64,000 nucleotides of DNA, taken from positions 4,137 through 68,136 of the forward strand of contig CAJTJG010000008.1 in the NCBI GenBank assembly GCA_910576785.1. The letters run 5' to 3'. The notes beneath the pieces are model-generated. The model was not told the origin of the DNA. It ran no database searches and saw only the letters and a list, made by a program, of their open reading frames with translations. The stretch's first letter is position 1. The number at the start of each line of letters is the position of its first letter. Both the position numbers and the translations under genes were made by a program. Below, piece by piece: positions 29,932 through 39,108 of this stretch. The DNA is from an uncultured Duncaniella sp. GTDB taxonomy: Bacteria > Bacteroidota > Bacteroidia > Bacteroidales > Muribaculaceae.

Positions 29932-31249
29932 TAGACTTGCGGTCATATCTCTCGGTTGCTCCAAGAACCTCGTGGATTCCGAGCGGCTCATGCGCATGAT
30001 GGCTGATGTCGGCTACGAGGTGGCCGATGGGGCCGATGAGGCATTTTTAGAAGGAAAAGGCCGCAGGCATGTGGTCATCAATACTTGTGGCTTCATAGGA
30101 GATGCCAAGGAGGAGTCCGTCAATGAGATTCTGTCTTGGTGCGAAGCACGCAGGAACGGTGATATCGACGGTCTCTACGTGATGGGATGTCTGTCACAAC
30201 GCTATGCTTCGGAACTCCCCGCCGAGATCCCGGAGGTGGACCGCTGGTATGGCAAAACGGATTGGGTGAATCTGGCCCGCGATCTGGCTGCCAAGGCTCC
30301 GGGTTCGGCTCCGTGGGACCGTGTGATAACGACGCCGCGCCATCATGCCTACCTCAAGATAGCCGAGGGGTGCAACCGCCGGTGCGCCTTTTGTGCCATT
30401 CCTCTTATCACCGGTCCTTACCGGTCCCGTCCACTCGAGGAAGTGATAGAGGAGGTCAGGAGCCTCGTAGGACGCGGTGTGAAAGAATTCAATGTCATAG
30501 CACAGGATCTCACATATTACGGACGTGATATCTATGGCACGCCTTCCATAGCGCGACTGGTCGATGCCATAGCCGATGTGGAGGGAGTGGAGTGGATACG
30601 TCTGCATTACGCATATCCCAATGATTTTCCGATGGATCTGCTCGATGTCATGGCCCGTAGGGAGAATGTGTGCAAATACCTCGATATAGCCTTGCAGCAT
30701 GCTGCCGACAGTGTACTGTCCAATATGAACCGCCATATTACAGCGGCGGAAACATGTGAGTTGCTTGACGAGATGCGCCGGCGTGTTCCCGGTTTACATA
30801 TCCGCACCACCCTTATGGTAGGATTTCCCGGAGAGGGCGAGAAGGAGTTTGAGGAGCTCCTCGGGTTTGTCCGCTCGCAGCGGTTCGAACGCATGGGTGC
30901 GTTTGCTTATTGCGAGGAGGACGATACCCCTGCCGCACGAAAATATACTGATTCCATCACCGATGAGGAGAAACAGCGCCGTCTCGGTATCCTGATGGCT
31001 GAACAGGAGAAGATATCTTCCGCCATTCAGGAGTCAAAAACCGGTAAGGTGATGAAAGTGATCATAGATCGTGAGGAGGAGGATTATTACGTAGGTCGCA
31101 CTGAGTTCGATTCTCCGGAAGTCGATCCGGAGGTGCTTGTCAGCAAGACACGCACTCTGTGTTCGGGAGAGTTTTATAATGTTAGAATCACAGAAGCCTA
31201 TCCGTTTGAACTTGTAGGCATACCCGTAGATGATGAAGCTCATCAGTGA
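29924..31249 (+). CDS. rimO: Ribosomal protein S12 methylthiotransferase RimO (radical SAM)
   Basis: The internal ATG at 29924 gives ISLGCSKNLVDSE, the radical-SAM motif CNRRCAFCAIP, and a TRAM-like C-terminus. Overlaps ftsY by 8 nt. Confidence 0.92.
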   Translation: MADRLAVISLGCSKNLVDSERLMRMMADVGYEVADGADEAFLEGKGRRHVVINTCGFIGDAKEESVNEILSWCEARRNGDIDGLYVMGCLSQRYASELPAEIPEVDRWYGKTDWVNLARDLAAKAPGSAPWDRVITTPRHHAYLKIAEGCNRRCAFCAIPLITGPYRSRPLEEVIEEVRSLVGRGVKEFNVIAQDLTYYGRDIYGTPSIARLVDAIADVEGVEWIRLHYAYPNDFPMDLLDVMARRENVCKYLDIALQHAADSVLSNMNRHITAAETCELLDEMRRRVPGLHIRTTLMVGFPGEGEKEFEELLGFVRSQRFERMGAFAYCEEDDTPAARKYTDSITDEEKQRRLGILMAEQEKISSAIQESKTGKVMKVIIDREEEDYYVGRTEFDSPEVDPEVLVSKTRTLCSGEFYNVRITEAYPFELVGIPVDDEAHQ

Positions 31250-32435
31250 CGAACAGCTTGAGGCGGTAGAGATCTGCCTTGTGCGCAATATACCATTCGC
31301 TTTATTCTCCCATCCCGGTGAGAAGACATGCCGGTTCATGGCCGCTCCTCCCGATAATGACGGAGGTAGCCATGCTTTTATCGAGGATGATGTGACATGT
31401 ACCATCGATCGGTCTGATTCGATGGACACGTTCTATATAAGCACATTCTGTGCCGATGAGCCATATACTCCGGGAGTGCGTGCCGTATGGAAAGAGTCGA
31501 ATATTGTTGCGCTGGCCGCGCACAGTGAATTGCCTGAATATTCCAGATCGGACGTCCTTCCTTCGCTCATATCCACCCGGAGGGGATCGTATGACAAGGC
31601 CATTGGCATGATGACCGCGCGTGTGCGCAAGCTTGGGGGCAAGGTTGTCTTGTCACGCATGGAATCGGTGTTCAGCCCAAGGAAAGTCATTGAGGTGGCT
31701 GAAGACTATTTCAACAGCAATCCCCAGACATTCCGCTATCTGTGTCAGACGCCCGAGACCGGTCTGTGGCTCGGGGCTACCCCTGAACTCCTGCTGCGGG
31801 GCGACACCACCAGCGGACGTGTCAGCACAATGGCTCTGGCCGGTACACGATCCAATGATGATGCCGGCGAGTGGGATGACAAGAACATTGCCGAGCATGA
31901 AGTAGTAGCAGATTATATCGTATCCGTGCTTGAGGAAAGGGGCGTCGAGGTAGAGCGCCACACCAGGCGAGAACTGGTCTTCGGTCCGGTAAAACATCTG
32001 TGCACACCAATCACAGGCAACGGATGCCAGGACATACCTGATCTCATTGCGCATCTCAATCCTACACCGGCAGTGCTTGGAGTTCCACCGGCCATGGCTC
32101 TTGCAGAAATTGATGTCTGCGAGACACACCGCCGCCGTTGCTACAGCGGTGCGGTGGGTACGCGTGAGGATGACCGGTATATCTCATATGTAAATCTCCG
32201 TTGTGCTTTCGCTGCACCGGCCAGACTGTCCGGCTGTGACGGATATGTCTACAATCTATATGCCGGAGGGGGTATAATGCCTGACTCTGAAGCCGACAGC
32301 GAGTGGGCCGAGGCCGATGCCAAGATGTCGGCGCTGCGCTCCATGATAGCACGCGGTCTATCCGCGGAATCGGTGATCATCAATCCGCGTGGAGCACAGT
32401 TTTATCCCAACGTGTCACAGAATCACACACTCTGA
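31230..32435 (+). CDS. menF: Isochorismate synthase (chorismate-binding enzyme, MenF-like)
   Basis: LAGTRS..W..KN..EH..V, NPTPAVLGVP, RRCYSGAVG, LYAGGGIMPDSEADSEWAE. Overlaps rimO by 20 nt. Confidence 0.8.
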   Translation: MMKLISDEQLEAVEICLVRNIPFALFSHPGEKTCRFMAAPPDNDGGSHAFIEDDVTCTIDRSDSMDTFYISTFCADEPYTPGVRAVWKESNIVALAAHSELPEYSRSDVLPSLISTRRGSYDKAIGMMTARVRKLGGKVVLSRMESVFSPRKVIEVAEDYFNSNPQTFRYLCQTPETGLWLGATPELLLRGDTTSGRVSTMALAGTRSNDDAGEWDDKNIAEHEVVADYIVSVLEERGVEVERHTRRELVFGPVKHLCTPITGNGCQDIPDLIAHLNPTPAVLGVPPAMALAEIDVCETHRRRCYSGAVGTREDDRYISYVNLRCAFAAPARLSGCDGYVYNLYAGGGIMPDSEADSEWAEADAKMSALRSMIARGLSAESVIINPRGAQFYPNVSQNHTL

Positions 32436-32454
32436 ATATCCATTATCGAAAAAA

Positions 32455-33831
32455 ATGAAAAAAGGAAGACCTTTAATCATCATATTTCTTGCTCTTGTAA
32501 TAGTCACTATTCTCTCCCTGCTTCCCCTCTCGAAGTGGACGGGTGGCCGTGTCAAGGACTTCTCGTTGATCAGTGATATCCTCAAGGAAGCCGGTATCAT
32601 GGAGCGCTCGCCCGAGGCTGAGCAGATAGACCCCGAGCTACTCAAGGCCATGGAGGAGGCCGAGGCCCGCAATCCTCTCACAGCAAGCGATTCAGTGCTT
32701 TCACAGCCTATAGATACGATAATCCATCCCGCTAAGACGCCACGCAGTGGTGATCTCGTTGTGATCGAGGACTATACAACCGATGGCGTCGGTCTTGTGC
32801 AGTTCAGCCATGCGGTCAGTTCCGGAGCCCTTGCACGCGTTGCCGTGGTTGGCGACAGCTACATAGAAGGCGACATTTTCACTCAGGATCTCAGAGCCAG
32901 TCTGCAGAACGCATATGGAGGGAGTGGTGTAGGTTATGTCAGCATGCACAGCGACTTTCCCGGGTTCCGTAGGTCTGTGAAGCAGGGGGGCAACGGCTGG
33001 AAGACATTTATGGCCAACAAAAAGGCTGAGAGCCGCTATCTTGATCTTGCCGAGCAGTATTCTATCCCCACGGGCAACGCTACAGCTACATATGAAGGTA
33101 CGGATGCTTTTCCCACCACCTCATGCTGGACACGTTCACGCTTCCTGTTCATAGCTCCTGATGATTGTGTAATCAATGTTAAAACAGCCGGAGGCGAGTG
33201 GCAGGAGCGCAATATAACGGCTTCCGATACCGTTCAGTGCATAGAGGTGGCAGCTCCCACATCCGGTTTTGAGCTCAAGACGTCCTCCACATCACTTGTG
33301 GGGCTTGGAGTGTGGCTCGATGCCGACAGCGGTGTGAGTCTCGACTGTATGTCATCGCGTGGATTCTCCGGTATCACACTTACCAAGGTCAATGCGGGGC
33401 TTTGCCGTCAGATGGCTCCATATGTGGACTACAGCCTCATAATCCTTGAGTTCGGCATCAATGCCATGAGTGCATCGCAGAAGGATTATTCCGTGTACTG
33501 CAATCGCATGGTCGATGTGATAAATCACGTCAGACGCTGCTATCCGCGTGCGGACATCCTTGTGATGGGTGTCGGTGACCGCGGTGAGAAGCGTGGCGGT
33601 GTCGTAAGATCCATGTCGACAGCGCCGGCCATGATATCGGCCCAGCGCGATGCTGCACGTCGTGCCCATTGTCTTTTCTGGGATACGCGCGAAGCCATGG
33701 GCGGAGAGGACGCGGTGGTGGAATGGAGCGATGCCGGTCTCATCAACAAGGATTATATCCATATGACCCACAAGGGTGGCGCACGTCTTGCCGGTGAGCT
33801 ATTCCGTGCCATCCAAAACAGCATGAAATGA
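32455..33831 (+). CDS. Membrane-anchored SGNH/GDSL-like hydrolase/acyltransferase family protein
   Basis: The internal ATG at 32455 gives an N-terminal TM anchor (LIIIFLALVIVTILSLL). Block I is VVGDSYIEGD and the C-terminus carries D..H (KDYIHMTHKG). Clustered with a second SGNH protein and an MBOAT. Confidence 0.7.
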   Translation: MKKGRPLIIIFLALVIVTILSLLPLSKWTGGRVKDFSLISDILKEAGIMERSPEAEQIDPELLKAMEEAEARNPLTASDSVLSQPIDTIIHPAKTPRSGDLVVIEDYTTDGVGLVQFSHAVSSGALARVAVVGDSYIEGDIFTQDLRASLQNAYGGSGVGYVSMHSDFPGFRRSVKQGGNGWKTFMANKKAESRYLDLAEQYSIPTGNATATYEGTDAFPTTSCWTRSRFLFIAPDDCVINVKTAGGEWQERNITASDTVQCIEVAAPTSGFELKTSSTSLVGLGVWLDADSGVSLDCMSSRGFSGITLTKVNAGLCRQMAPYVDYSLIILEFGINAMSASQKDYSVYCNRMVDVINHVRRCYPRADILVMGVGDRGEKRGGVVRSMSTAPAMISAQRDAARRAHCLFWDTREAMGGEDAVVEWSDAGLINKDYIHMTHKGGARLAGELFRAIQNSMK

Positions 33832-35231
33832 AACAGACCGCACGTAAAATACTGCTTTTGATCGCCACACCGTTCATTGGTGCCGGGATTGTATACAGCC
33901 AGACCGCTGTCACCACTCCTCAGGCAGCTGATGATGAGGAGGTGCTTGGCGAGGAGATCGTGTCAAGCGAAGAAGATGACGAGACTGAACTTCGCGAGAG
34001 TATTGTCCTGATACCCGAAGAGGCCGATGATATAGATATTCCCATCCCGTCGTTTATCAACAAGGGTGCCAACCATATAATATTCAACGGAGCTGACTGG
34101 GGTGGACTGCGCAAGGCATTCACATCTTCAGCTTCATCGCCTGTGTCCATAGTTCATATCGGCGACAGCCATATCCAGGCTGACATCAGTTCAGGCACCA
34201 CAAGAGAGCTGCTTCAATATGACTTCGGCAATGCCGGACGCGGCTTGATCACCCCATTGAAGCTGAGCGGCACCAACGAACCCACCAACTACTCGTTTCA
34301 GAGCCGTAATTCGTGGATCCCCAATAAGCTCATGAGCAATTCGTGGCGGCAGACCGTGGGATTCACCGGTACATCCATTCGTCCGGCCACATCATCGGGC
34401 GAACTCACCCTGTCCACTTCCGAGCGCGATGATTATAATCCTTTCAGCTCCGTGATCATATTTCATGCCGGGCGTCTGTCTGTCAATGGAGTCAGAGGGT
34501 CACAGGGACAGAAACTGCAATTCCGTGCTATCCCATCGAGGGATTACACACATATCATACTTCCCTCGCAGGAAACAAAGATCAGTGTTGATTTTTCGTC
34601 GGCCGGTGATCTCACAGTGTTCGGCGCATCGCTGTCAGGCGATCGTCCGGGTGTGTTCTACCATGCTATCGGAAATAACGGTGCGGCTTACGACACATAC
34701 AACCGTATAGGTAATGTAGGCGCCGGATTGAACCCTCTGCAGCCGGATCTTGTTATAATATCGCTTGGCACCAATGAGGCTTTCGGCCGTTTTGACTCGC
34801 GCTCATTCACGCGTGCAGTAGACAATCTTGTCAATAATATCCGCACCTCCAATCCCGATGCTCTGATCCTGCTGACCACTCCCATGGAATGTCAGCGTAG
34901 TGTGACCACTACCAAGAAGGTTACTGTGCGAGGCAAGAAGCGCCGCAACGGTCGCCGTGGCAAGTCCCGTACAGTGAACCGCAAGGTTAAATCCTATGCA
35001 GTCAATACTAAGATCGCGCCCATCCGTCAGGCCATACTCGACTATGGCAAGGAGAACGGGATCGCTGTCTATGATTGGTATACTGTGGCCGGAGGAAACG
35101 GAGCAAGCAGCTCGTGGATATCAAACAACCTCTTTGCTGGTGACCGTGTGCACCACACCCACAAAGGTTACAATCTTGAGGGTCGACTGCTCTACGAAGC
35201 CATAATGGATGCCCTTCGCACCGTCAATTAA
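33828..35231 (+). CDS. Secreted SGNH/GDSL-like hydrolase/acyltransferase family protein with acidic and basic low-complexity inserts
   Basis: Signal peptide. Block I is VHIGDSHIQAD, block III is GTNEA, and the C-terminus has GDRVHHTHKG. ATGA overlap with the upstream SGNH gene. Confidence 0.7.
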   Translation: MKQTARKILLLIATPFIGAGIVYSQTAVTTPQAADDEEVLGEEIVSSEEDDETELRESIVLIPEEADDIDIPIPSFINKGANHIIFNGADWGGLRKAFTSSASSPVSIVHIGDSHIQADISSGTTRELLQYDFGNAGRGLITPLKLSGTNEPTNYSFQSRNSWIPNKLMSNSWRQTVGFTGTSIRPATSSGELTLSTSERDDYNPFSSVIIFHAGRLSVNGVRGSQGQKLQFRAIPSRDYTHIILPSQETKISVDFSSAGDLTVFGASLSGDRPGVFYHAIGNNGAAYDTYNRIGNVGAGLNPLQPDLVIISLGTNEAFGRFDSRSFTRAVDNLVNNIRTSNPDALILLTTPMECQRSVTTTKKVTVRGKKRRNGRRGKSRTVNRKVKSYAVNTKIAPIRQAILDYGKENGIAVYDWYTVAGGNGASSSWISNNLFAGDRVHHTHKGYNLEGRLLYEAIMDALRTVN

Positions 35232-35293
35232 GAATTTGTCATACTCACTCCTTCTCTTCTCTTATTTTCCGGACTTTGGAACAGATTATTTCC

Positions 35294-36883
35294 ATGCTCA
35301 GAGACCTTCCGGTCAATATCATTTCCTTTCTCGAGAATATCGGCATTGATATCGCGAGACTGCTTGATGTGCTCGCATATGACGCTCGTCAGCCGCTGCT
35401 GTTCAACACTGGACTTTTCCTGCTGCTGTTTGTCGGTTTCATGGTGATATACCATGGACTTAAATTCTGGCGTGCCGGCAGGATGATTTTCACCATCCTT
35501 TTCTCGCTTTATTTCTACTATAAGTCATCGGGCCTTTGCTGTCTGATCCTGATCGGTGTGGCCGCGAGCGATTTCATACTCGGGCTGTCAATGGAGCGGG
35601 CTTCGCTTATCAATGGAAGAGCACGCGGGATGGTAATGAAATTCATATTGCTGCTCAATGTGTTGACTAATGTAGGGATGTTGCTGTACTTCAAGTACTT
35701 CAATCTGCTGATCGACACGTTCAATCAGTTTATGTCCGCACGTATTGATATAATAAATGTCATACTTCCCGCAGGTATATCTTTCTTCACATTCCGCTCC
35801 ATAAGTTATATTGTGGATATATACCGTGGTGACATCAAGGCTTGCCGCAATCCGTTGGACTATCTGTTCTTCCTCACATTCTTCCCCCCGCTTCTGGCCG
35901 GACCTGTGGTGAGGGCCAAGGATATGCTTCCGCAGATCAAGGGCAATCCTGTGGTGACACATGAGATGACCGGCGAAGGTGTGTTCCTCATCATATGCGG
36001 TCTCATAAAAAAGATGGTGATAGCCGACTTCATATCCGGAAATTTCGTGGATCGTGTGTTTGATAACCCTGCGCTCTACAGTGGTTTCGAGAATCTCATG
36101 GCTACTTTCGGATTCACCATACAGCTCTATTGCGACTTTTCCGGCTACAGTGATATGGCCATTGGCATAGCGCTACTGCTTGGCTATCGTTTCAAGGAGA
36201 ACTTCAACTCTCCCTTCAAGGCTCAGAATCCTACTGAGTTCTGGCATCGTTGGCATATATCGCTTTCCACATGGCTCCGCGATTATGTATACATACCTCT
36301 CGGTGGCAACCGCTGTTCGAGACCGCGAGCCTATTTCAATCAGTTCATCACCATGGTGGTGGGCGGACTGTGGCATGGAGCTTCATGGATGTATGTCATA
36401 TGGGGAGCTGTACATGGAGGTCTTCTGGTGGTCCATAAGATGATGGTGCGTCTGCTGCCGGCCACCGTGGCGGGAGCCGGAGTGAGCGGTAGTGGCGAGG
36501 TGTTGTTATCGGCTGTGCTACAGCGGCGTCCACAGTGGCTCAGAGTGATCAACATGCTTTTCACGTTCTGTCTCATGTCGGCCACATTCATGCTTTTCCG
36601 TGCCCGTTCACTGGAGGATTTCAGCATGATGTGGCATCAGATAGTTTCCGATTTCCACTTATCGGTGGCTCCGCAATTCGTGGAGGGATACCTTGCCATC
36701 GTCATAGCTATGCTGGCAGGCTACGTTTTGCATATGACACCGTCCCGATGGGCATCGGGCGTGAAAGCCGGGTTCATAAAGTCGCCGCTGCTTGTGCAGA
36801 CCATACTGCTTGCCGCAGTAGTCTATGCGGTGATTCAGGTACGCTCGAGCGATATTGTCCCGTTCATATATCTTCAGTATTGA
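35294..36883 (+). CDS. MBOAT family O-acyltransferase (AlgI/PatA/DltB-like)
   Basis: Polytopic membrane protein. FW.RWHISLS.WLRDY.YIPLGG and the WHG motif are typical of AlgI/PatA. I chose the ATG at 35294 (ORF track starts at TTG 35276). Confidence 0.88.
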   Translation: MLRDLPVNIISFLENIGIDIARLLDVLAYDARQPLLFNTGLFLLLFVGFMVIYHGLKFWRAGRMIFTILFSLYFYYKSSGLCCLILIGVAASDFILGLSMERASLINGRARGMVMKFILLLNVLTNVGMLLYFKYFNLLIDTFNQFMSARIDIINVILPAGISFFTFRSISYIVDIYRGDIKACRNPLDYLFFLTFFPPLLAGPVVRAKDMLPQIKGNPVVTHEMTGEGVFLIICGLIKKMVIADFISGNFVDRVFDNPALYSGFENLMATFGFTIQLYCDFSGYSDMAIGIALLLGYRFKENFNSPFKAQNPTEFWHRWHISLSTWLRDYVYIPLGGNRCSRPRAYFNQFITMVVGGLWHGASWMYVIWGAVHGGLLVVHKMMVRLLPATVAGAGVSGSGEVLLSAVLQRRPQWLRVINMLFTFCLMSATFMLFRARSLEDFSMMWHQIVSDFHLSVAPQFVEGYLAIVIAMLAGYVLHMTPSRWASGVKAGFIKSPLLVQTILLAAVVYAVIQVRSSDIVPFIYLQY

Positions 36884-36979
36884 TCATATCCACACAGTCC
36901 GTTTAACCAAAAAGGAGTTAAATGGGCCTGGTAGCTGGTTAAGTTGGTTTAAATAGTTGAAAATTAGGAGTATAGTTTG

Positions 36980-36987
36980 TAAATTTG
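36980..36987 (+). promoter_or_regulatory. Bacteroidetes -7 box (TAnnTTTG) for the LruC-like lipoprotein gene
   Basis: TAAATTTG, 33 nt upstream of ATG 37020. Confidence 0.4.
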
Positions 36988-37019
36988 ATAATCAATTACA
37001 AACCTGACCTAAATTTTTG

Positions 37020-39017
37020 ATGAACCGACCAACCATTATCATACTTCTGGCAGCATTCCTGGCAGCATTAAGTTCGTGCGAGCGGGTAACCCCGGTGAGC
37101 ATAGCTCAGAAAGAGCAATATGACAGAGATTTCCTCAAGGAATTCGGACTGTTTGATTCTGATATAGAGTGGAACGGCGCTAACCGCATATCTCTTATTT
37201 TCTCAGCCGATCTGGTTTCAGATGCCGAGCGCGTAAATGTGTATTCGGCTATGCCCGGTACGCCCGGAGCAGTCCATGTAGCGAAATTCAATGCCGGAGT
37301 GTCCCGGTATGAATTTGATTATCCCGGTCATCAAGAGGATGTCTATATCGAGATCGTGGATAGATATGATAGTGTGATCACCCGTGGTTATCATGATATC
37401 AAGGATGGAGTGATTGAAGTAGCGCCATCCGGCATGCCTTCACGTTCGGAGGTATGTGGTGTGATGAAGGGCGCGGAGATAGCTGACAGTATCAAATATC
37501 ATTACACCGTATCCATGCTCGATCAGTATGCACACATAGGTACATCGTCTGCATTCTGGAGGGATACCATTGGTGCGCACGACAATACTGTCGTGAGCCA
37601 TCTTTCCAAGGCTTTTCATCTTGATGGTAAAGGCGATACGGAGTATAGGCAGGTGGTACACAAGCTTTCTGATCTCCTACCGATGGTAGGGCATACCCAT
37701 GGCGTGTATTCCGAACAGCAGTGCAATCTTACAAAATTCTCATCAGTGCTGCATCCGGAGCTCGGAGTCAGCCTCACCACAGCCTCCGAGACTGAGATAT
37801 CGCTCGACTATTTTTACGGTGCCACGGTCAAGAATGAGAATGCACTTGAATATATCTACTACCGCCGTGGAGCCACCGAGGAGGAGACATGGCGCAATAT
37901 AGTCAACGCCGAGCGTTACATACTGATCGATGATGCAGGTCCGCGCGCCAATCTGCTTTGGGATGGCACACCGCTTACCGATGGGATGGCACTTTCCACA
38001 GGTGTAATGAGGCTTGAGAACGGCTGGGGCACAGATCACGACATTTCCGCATCACGCCACAGACTGGTGTATTTTGACGGAGATGTCCCATCCTATCGTT
38101 TTCCGGCCGATATGAATGTGGTATTTTTCATATCCATGGATGCAGACTTCTTCATGCCTTATTTTTCTCTCCCGGCCATCAATCAGAAGTATGGTCTGCA
38201 GAACTACAGGTGTCATATTGGTTCCCATCGCCATGATTCAGAGGTATCCAATGTGTTTTCAACCTTCAGGTGGGGGCGCAATCTCGTTATGGGTGTAGAG
38301 GATCTCGGTGATCACGATATGAATGACATGATGTTTTTCGTAGATGGCGACTTCAAGGAAACACAGGATATTCCCCAGATCAATCCGGATAATCCCACCC
38401 GCCAGTCGTGGATAATAGCAGCCGAGGATATTGGACAGACTCGCGATTTTGACTTCAATGATGTAGTGTTCGGTGTGAGCCATGTGGCCGGTGAGAATCA
38501 TGCCACGGTGACTGCTCTCGCTGCAGGAGGCACGCTGCCAGTCTACATACATTCCTCTTTTCCACAGATTGAAGACGGGATAGTCCGTCCTACCGACAAT
38601 CACCAGCTTATACCTCAGGGATCGGCCGATGGGGAGATACACTCCTGGTTCGGGGCCGGAACGACCGACAAAGTAATTAACGTGCATGAATGGACCGGTC
38701 CCGGCGCTACGGTCACCGTACAGGTGCCGGAGGATTTTTCACTGGCTGGAGCAAACGATCCCGGACATCCGTCCGACTCCAACATGGGCGGCTTCTGGAT
38801 CAGTGTGATGACGAGTGACGGTGCAACCACAACAATAGGTCCGCCAGTCATCGGACCCGACCATGACGCTCCGCAGATGTTTCTTGTGCCATCATCATGG
38901 CATTGGCCCAGAGAGGGTATCATAATAACCCGTGTGTACGACGGTTTTATCAAATGGACCCCTCGATGGTGGCTTTATCCGCTATCCGGAGATTTTGTCC
39001 GCCACGATTGGAAGTGA
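37020..39017 (+). CDS. Lipoprotein with LruC-like (DUF4842-type) C-terminal region, function unknown
   Basis: Lipobox LAALSSC. Two ED.G...D.D(F/M)ND motifs (VEDLGDHDMNDMMFF, AEDIGQTRDFDFNDVVFGV) resemble the LruC domain signature as I remember it. A TAAATTTG box lies at 36980..36987. Confidence 0.55.
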   Translation: MNRPTIIILLAAFLAALSSCERVTPVSIAQKEQYDRDFLKEFGLFDSDIEWNGANRISLIFSADLVSDAERVNVYSAMPGTPGAVHVAKFNAGVSRYEFDYPGHQEDVYIEIVDRYDSVITRGYHDIKDGVIEVAPSGMPSRSEVCGVMKGAEIADSIKYHYTVSMLDQYAHIGTSSAFWRDTIGAHDNTVVSHLSKAFHLDGKGDTEYRQVVHKLSDLLPMVGHTHGVYSEQQCNLTKFSSVLHPELGVSLTTASETEISLDYFYGATVKNENALEYIYYRRGATEEETWRNIVNAERYILIDDAGPRANLLWDGTPLTDGMALSTGVMRLENGWGTDHDISASRHRLVYFDGDVPSYRFPADMNVVFFISMDADFFMPYFSLPAINQKYGLQNYRCHIGSHRHDSEVSNVFSTFRWGRNLVMGVEDLGDHDMNDMMFFVDGDFKETQDIPQINPDNPTRQSWIIAAEDIGQTRDFDFNDVVFGVSHVAGENHATVTALAAGGTLPVYIHSSFPQIEDGIVRPTDNHQLIPQGSADGEIHSWFGAGTTDKVINVHEWTGPGATVTVQVPEDFSLAGANDPGHPSDSNMGGFWISVMTSDGATTTIGPPVIGPDHDAPQMFLVPSSWHWPREGIIITRVYDGFIKWTPRWWLYPLSGDFVRHDWK

Positions 39018-39025
39018 CATGTCAT

Positions 39026-39087
39026 AACACTGATACAGTTCCTGTGTCTGAGATGAAAAACGCAGACATAGGAACTGTATCAGTGTT
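39026..39087. terminator. Bidirectional terminator hairpin between the convergent LruC-like lipoprotein gene and gadC
   Basis: 25-bp stem with a single G-U (aacactgatacagttcctgtgtctg / cagacataggaactgtatcagtgtt), 12-nt loop, followed by tatttt. Confidence 0.6.
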
Positions 39088-39108
39088 TATTTTACTACGG
39101 TGTCATAA

